Source: an uncultured delta proteobacterium (GTDB taxonomy: Bacteria > Desulfobacterota > Binatia > UBA9968). From it: a stretch of DNA of 64,000 nt. The translations under genes were made by a program, and so were the position numbers. This document shows positions 61,001 to 64,000 of the stretch, one piece after another (the stretch's first letter is position 1; the number at the start of each line of letters is the position of its first letter). The DNA lies in NCBI GenBank assembly GCA_963745035.1, contig CAVUVW010000019.1:1-64000 (forward strand). The letters are read 5' to 3'. The notes under the pieces are model-generated. The model did no database searches, was not told where the DNA came from, and saw only the letters and a program-made list of their open reading frames with translations.

Positions 61001-62029
61001 TTGGATTCATCTCGTGGAGGTTTTCGCGTGAACGCGTGGCTGCGTATCGGTTTCTCGTTATCGGTGCTGCTGGTTCTTCTCAAGTTGGATGCGGCGGCGC
61101 AGGGCAAGCCTGAAAAGGTGCGCATCGGCTATGCGGCGCGCGCCGTGGCCCATTCGGTTCCGTTCGTCGCCAAGGAAGCGGGATTTTTTGCCGAGGAGGG
61201 GATCGACGCGGAAATCGTGCGCACGGCGGGCTCGATTGCGCCGATGGCGTTGGTCGCGAACGAAGTCGATCTGGCGATCATGTCGGCGTATCTGATGCTG
61301 CCGGTGGCGGCGCAGAACAAAGACGTGGCGATGCTCGGCGGATTTTCGCGCTATGCGTCGATGGTCTTCGTCGCGCGGCCGGACGTGAAAGGCGCGCAGG
61401 ACTTGAAGGGAAAAGTCGTCGGCATTCAGCGCCCCGGCGACGCCTACGAGAAGAGCGCGCGTTTCGCGCTGCGCCATTTGGGCCTGGACGCGGACAAGGA
61501 CGTGCAGATGCTCGCGCTCGGCACCAACGACGTCATGTGGAGCGCGCTTCAGACCGGCAGGGTATCGGCGACGATCCTGTCGCCGCCGGGGACGTTGTTC
61601 GCGCGCAAGGCGGGCATGAATTTCATGGTCGATCTCACCGATCTCAAACTGGAATATCAGGGCTCGACGATCGCGACCCGGCGCTCGTTCGTGCAGAAGA
61701 ATCCGCAACTGGCGACCCGGGCGCTGCGGGCGATCGTCCGGGGGGTTCATCTGTTCAAGTCGCGCAAGGAAGACACCATGCGCATCCTGGGGAAATTTCT
61801 CGGCACCAAGGACCGCGCCGCGCTGGAGGAGTCGTGGGAATATGCCGCGAAGATGCCGGCCAAGCCCTACGCGGTCGAAAGCGCCGTGCAAGCGGTGCTG
61901 GACCACTTGGCCGAAGGCCAGCCGCGCTTTGCCCAATACAAGCCGGCGGAATTCATCGACGGCCGGCTGCTGACGGAGATCGACAAGAGCGGCTACATCG
62001 ACAAGCTCTACGGCGGGCAGGCGAAGTGA
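61001..62029 (+). CDS. ABC substrate-binding protein, NMT1/THI5-like
   Basis: AKEAGFF..EG, DLKGK.VG, IDKSGYIDKLY; start may be the GTG at 61028. Confidence 0.87.
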   Translation: MDSSRGGFRVNAWLRIGFSLSVLLVLLKLDAAAQGKPEKVRIGYAARAVAHSVPFVAKEAGFFAEEGIDAEIVRTAGSIAPMALVANEVDLAIMSAYLMLPVAAQNKDVAMLGGFSRYASMVFVARPDVKGAQDLKGKVVGIQRPGDAYEKSARFALRHLGLDADKDVQMLALGTNDVMWSALQTGRVSATILSPPGTLFARKAGMNFMVDLTDLKLEYQGSTIATRRSFVQKNPQLATRALRAIVRGVHLFKSRKEDTMRILGKFLGTKDRAALEESWEYAAKMPAKPYAVESAVQAVLDHLAEGQPRFAQYKPAEFIDGRLLTEIDKSGYIDKLYGGQAK

Positions 62030-62049
62030 CGTCCTGCGGGTGAAAACCG

Positions 62050-62105
62050 GCATCCAGGTTTGCGTCAGTGCAAAAACGCCTGGATTCCGGCTTCGCCGGA
62101 ATGAC
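62050..62105. repeat. Second, partial REP-like element
   Basis: ATCCAGG ... CCTGGATTCCGGCTTCGCCGGAATGAC. Confidence 0.6.
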
Positions 62106-62186
62106 GGAACCAGAATCGACTTTCAATGAACGAATTAAAAACCATCGGCTTGAAGCCGAGATCGTTCGTTTCGTAGATTTCTTCAC

Positions 62187-64000
<1,814 letters not shown>

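Overview
Bacterial window; the NMT1/THI5 binding proteins, cupins and GTTCAA and ATTCCCGC repeats suggest a Candidatus Binatia-like or deltaproteobacterial genome (inference). The left ~30 kb is a heavy-metal island. It holds cusCBA, a Csp3/DUF326-like copper-storage gene, DUF2933, an ICMT-like gene, a YeeE/YedE pair, a Met-rich secreted protein, a multicopper oxidase, TolC, two CusF-like proteins, a Cys-tailed ECF sigma factor, a chrB/chrA/chrC-like chromate module and a Czc-type RND system. The middle holds ppk1, an ECF/anti-sigma pair with a YVTN-cupredoxin target, an ABC-2 exporter, tatA-phoX and deleted gene remnants. The right part is a selenoneine/hercynine neighbourhood: senB, senA, an egtD-like methyltransferase and an EgtUV-like ABC importer, interleaved with a GH84 N-acetylglucosaminidase, an AmpG-like permease, an FGE-domain protein, LysE and a desaturase. 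Transporters, an M20 peptidase and a 3'-truncated uvrB follow. The most striking observation is five unannotated leader ORFs, each directly upstream of a metal-handling or small-membrane-protein operon. Each has an N-terminal hydrophobic segment, four have His/Cys-rich middles, and they end in LRI*, FLI* or RSPP-RFV*. All five stop with UAG, and in each case the bases at or just after the stop can pair with a downstream Shine-Dalgarno. This suggests a repeated ribosome-stalling translational attenuator. Many single-base frameshifts are present and are probably assembly errors.
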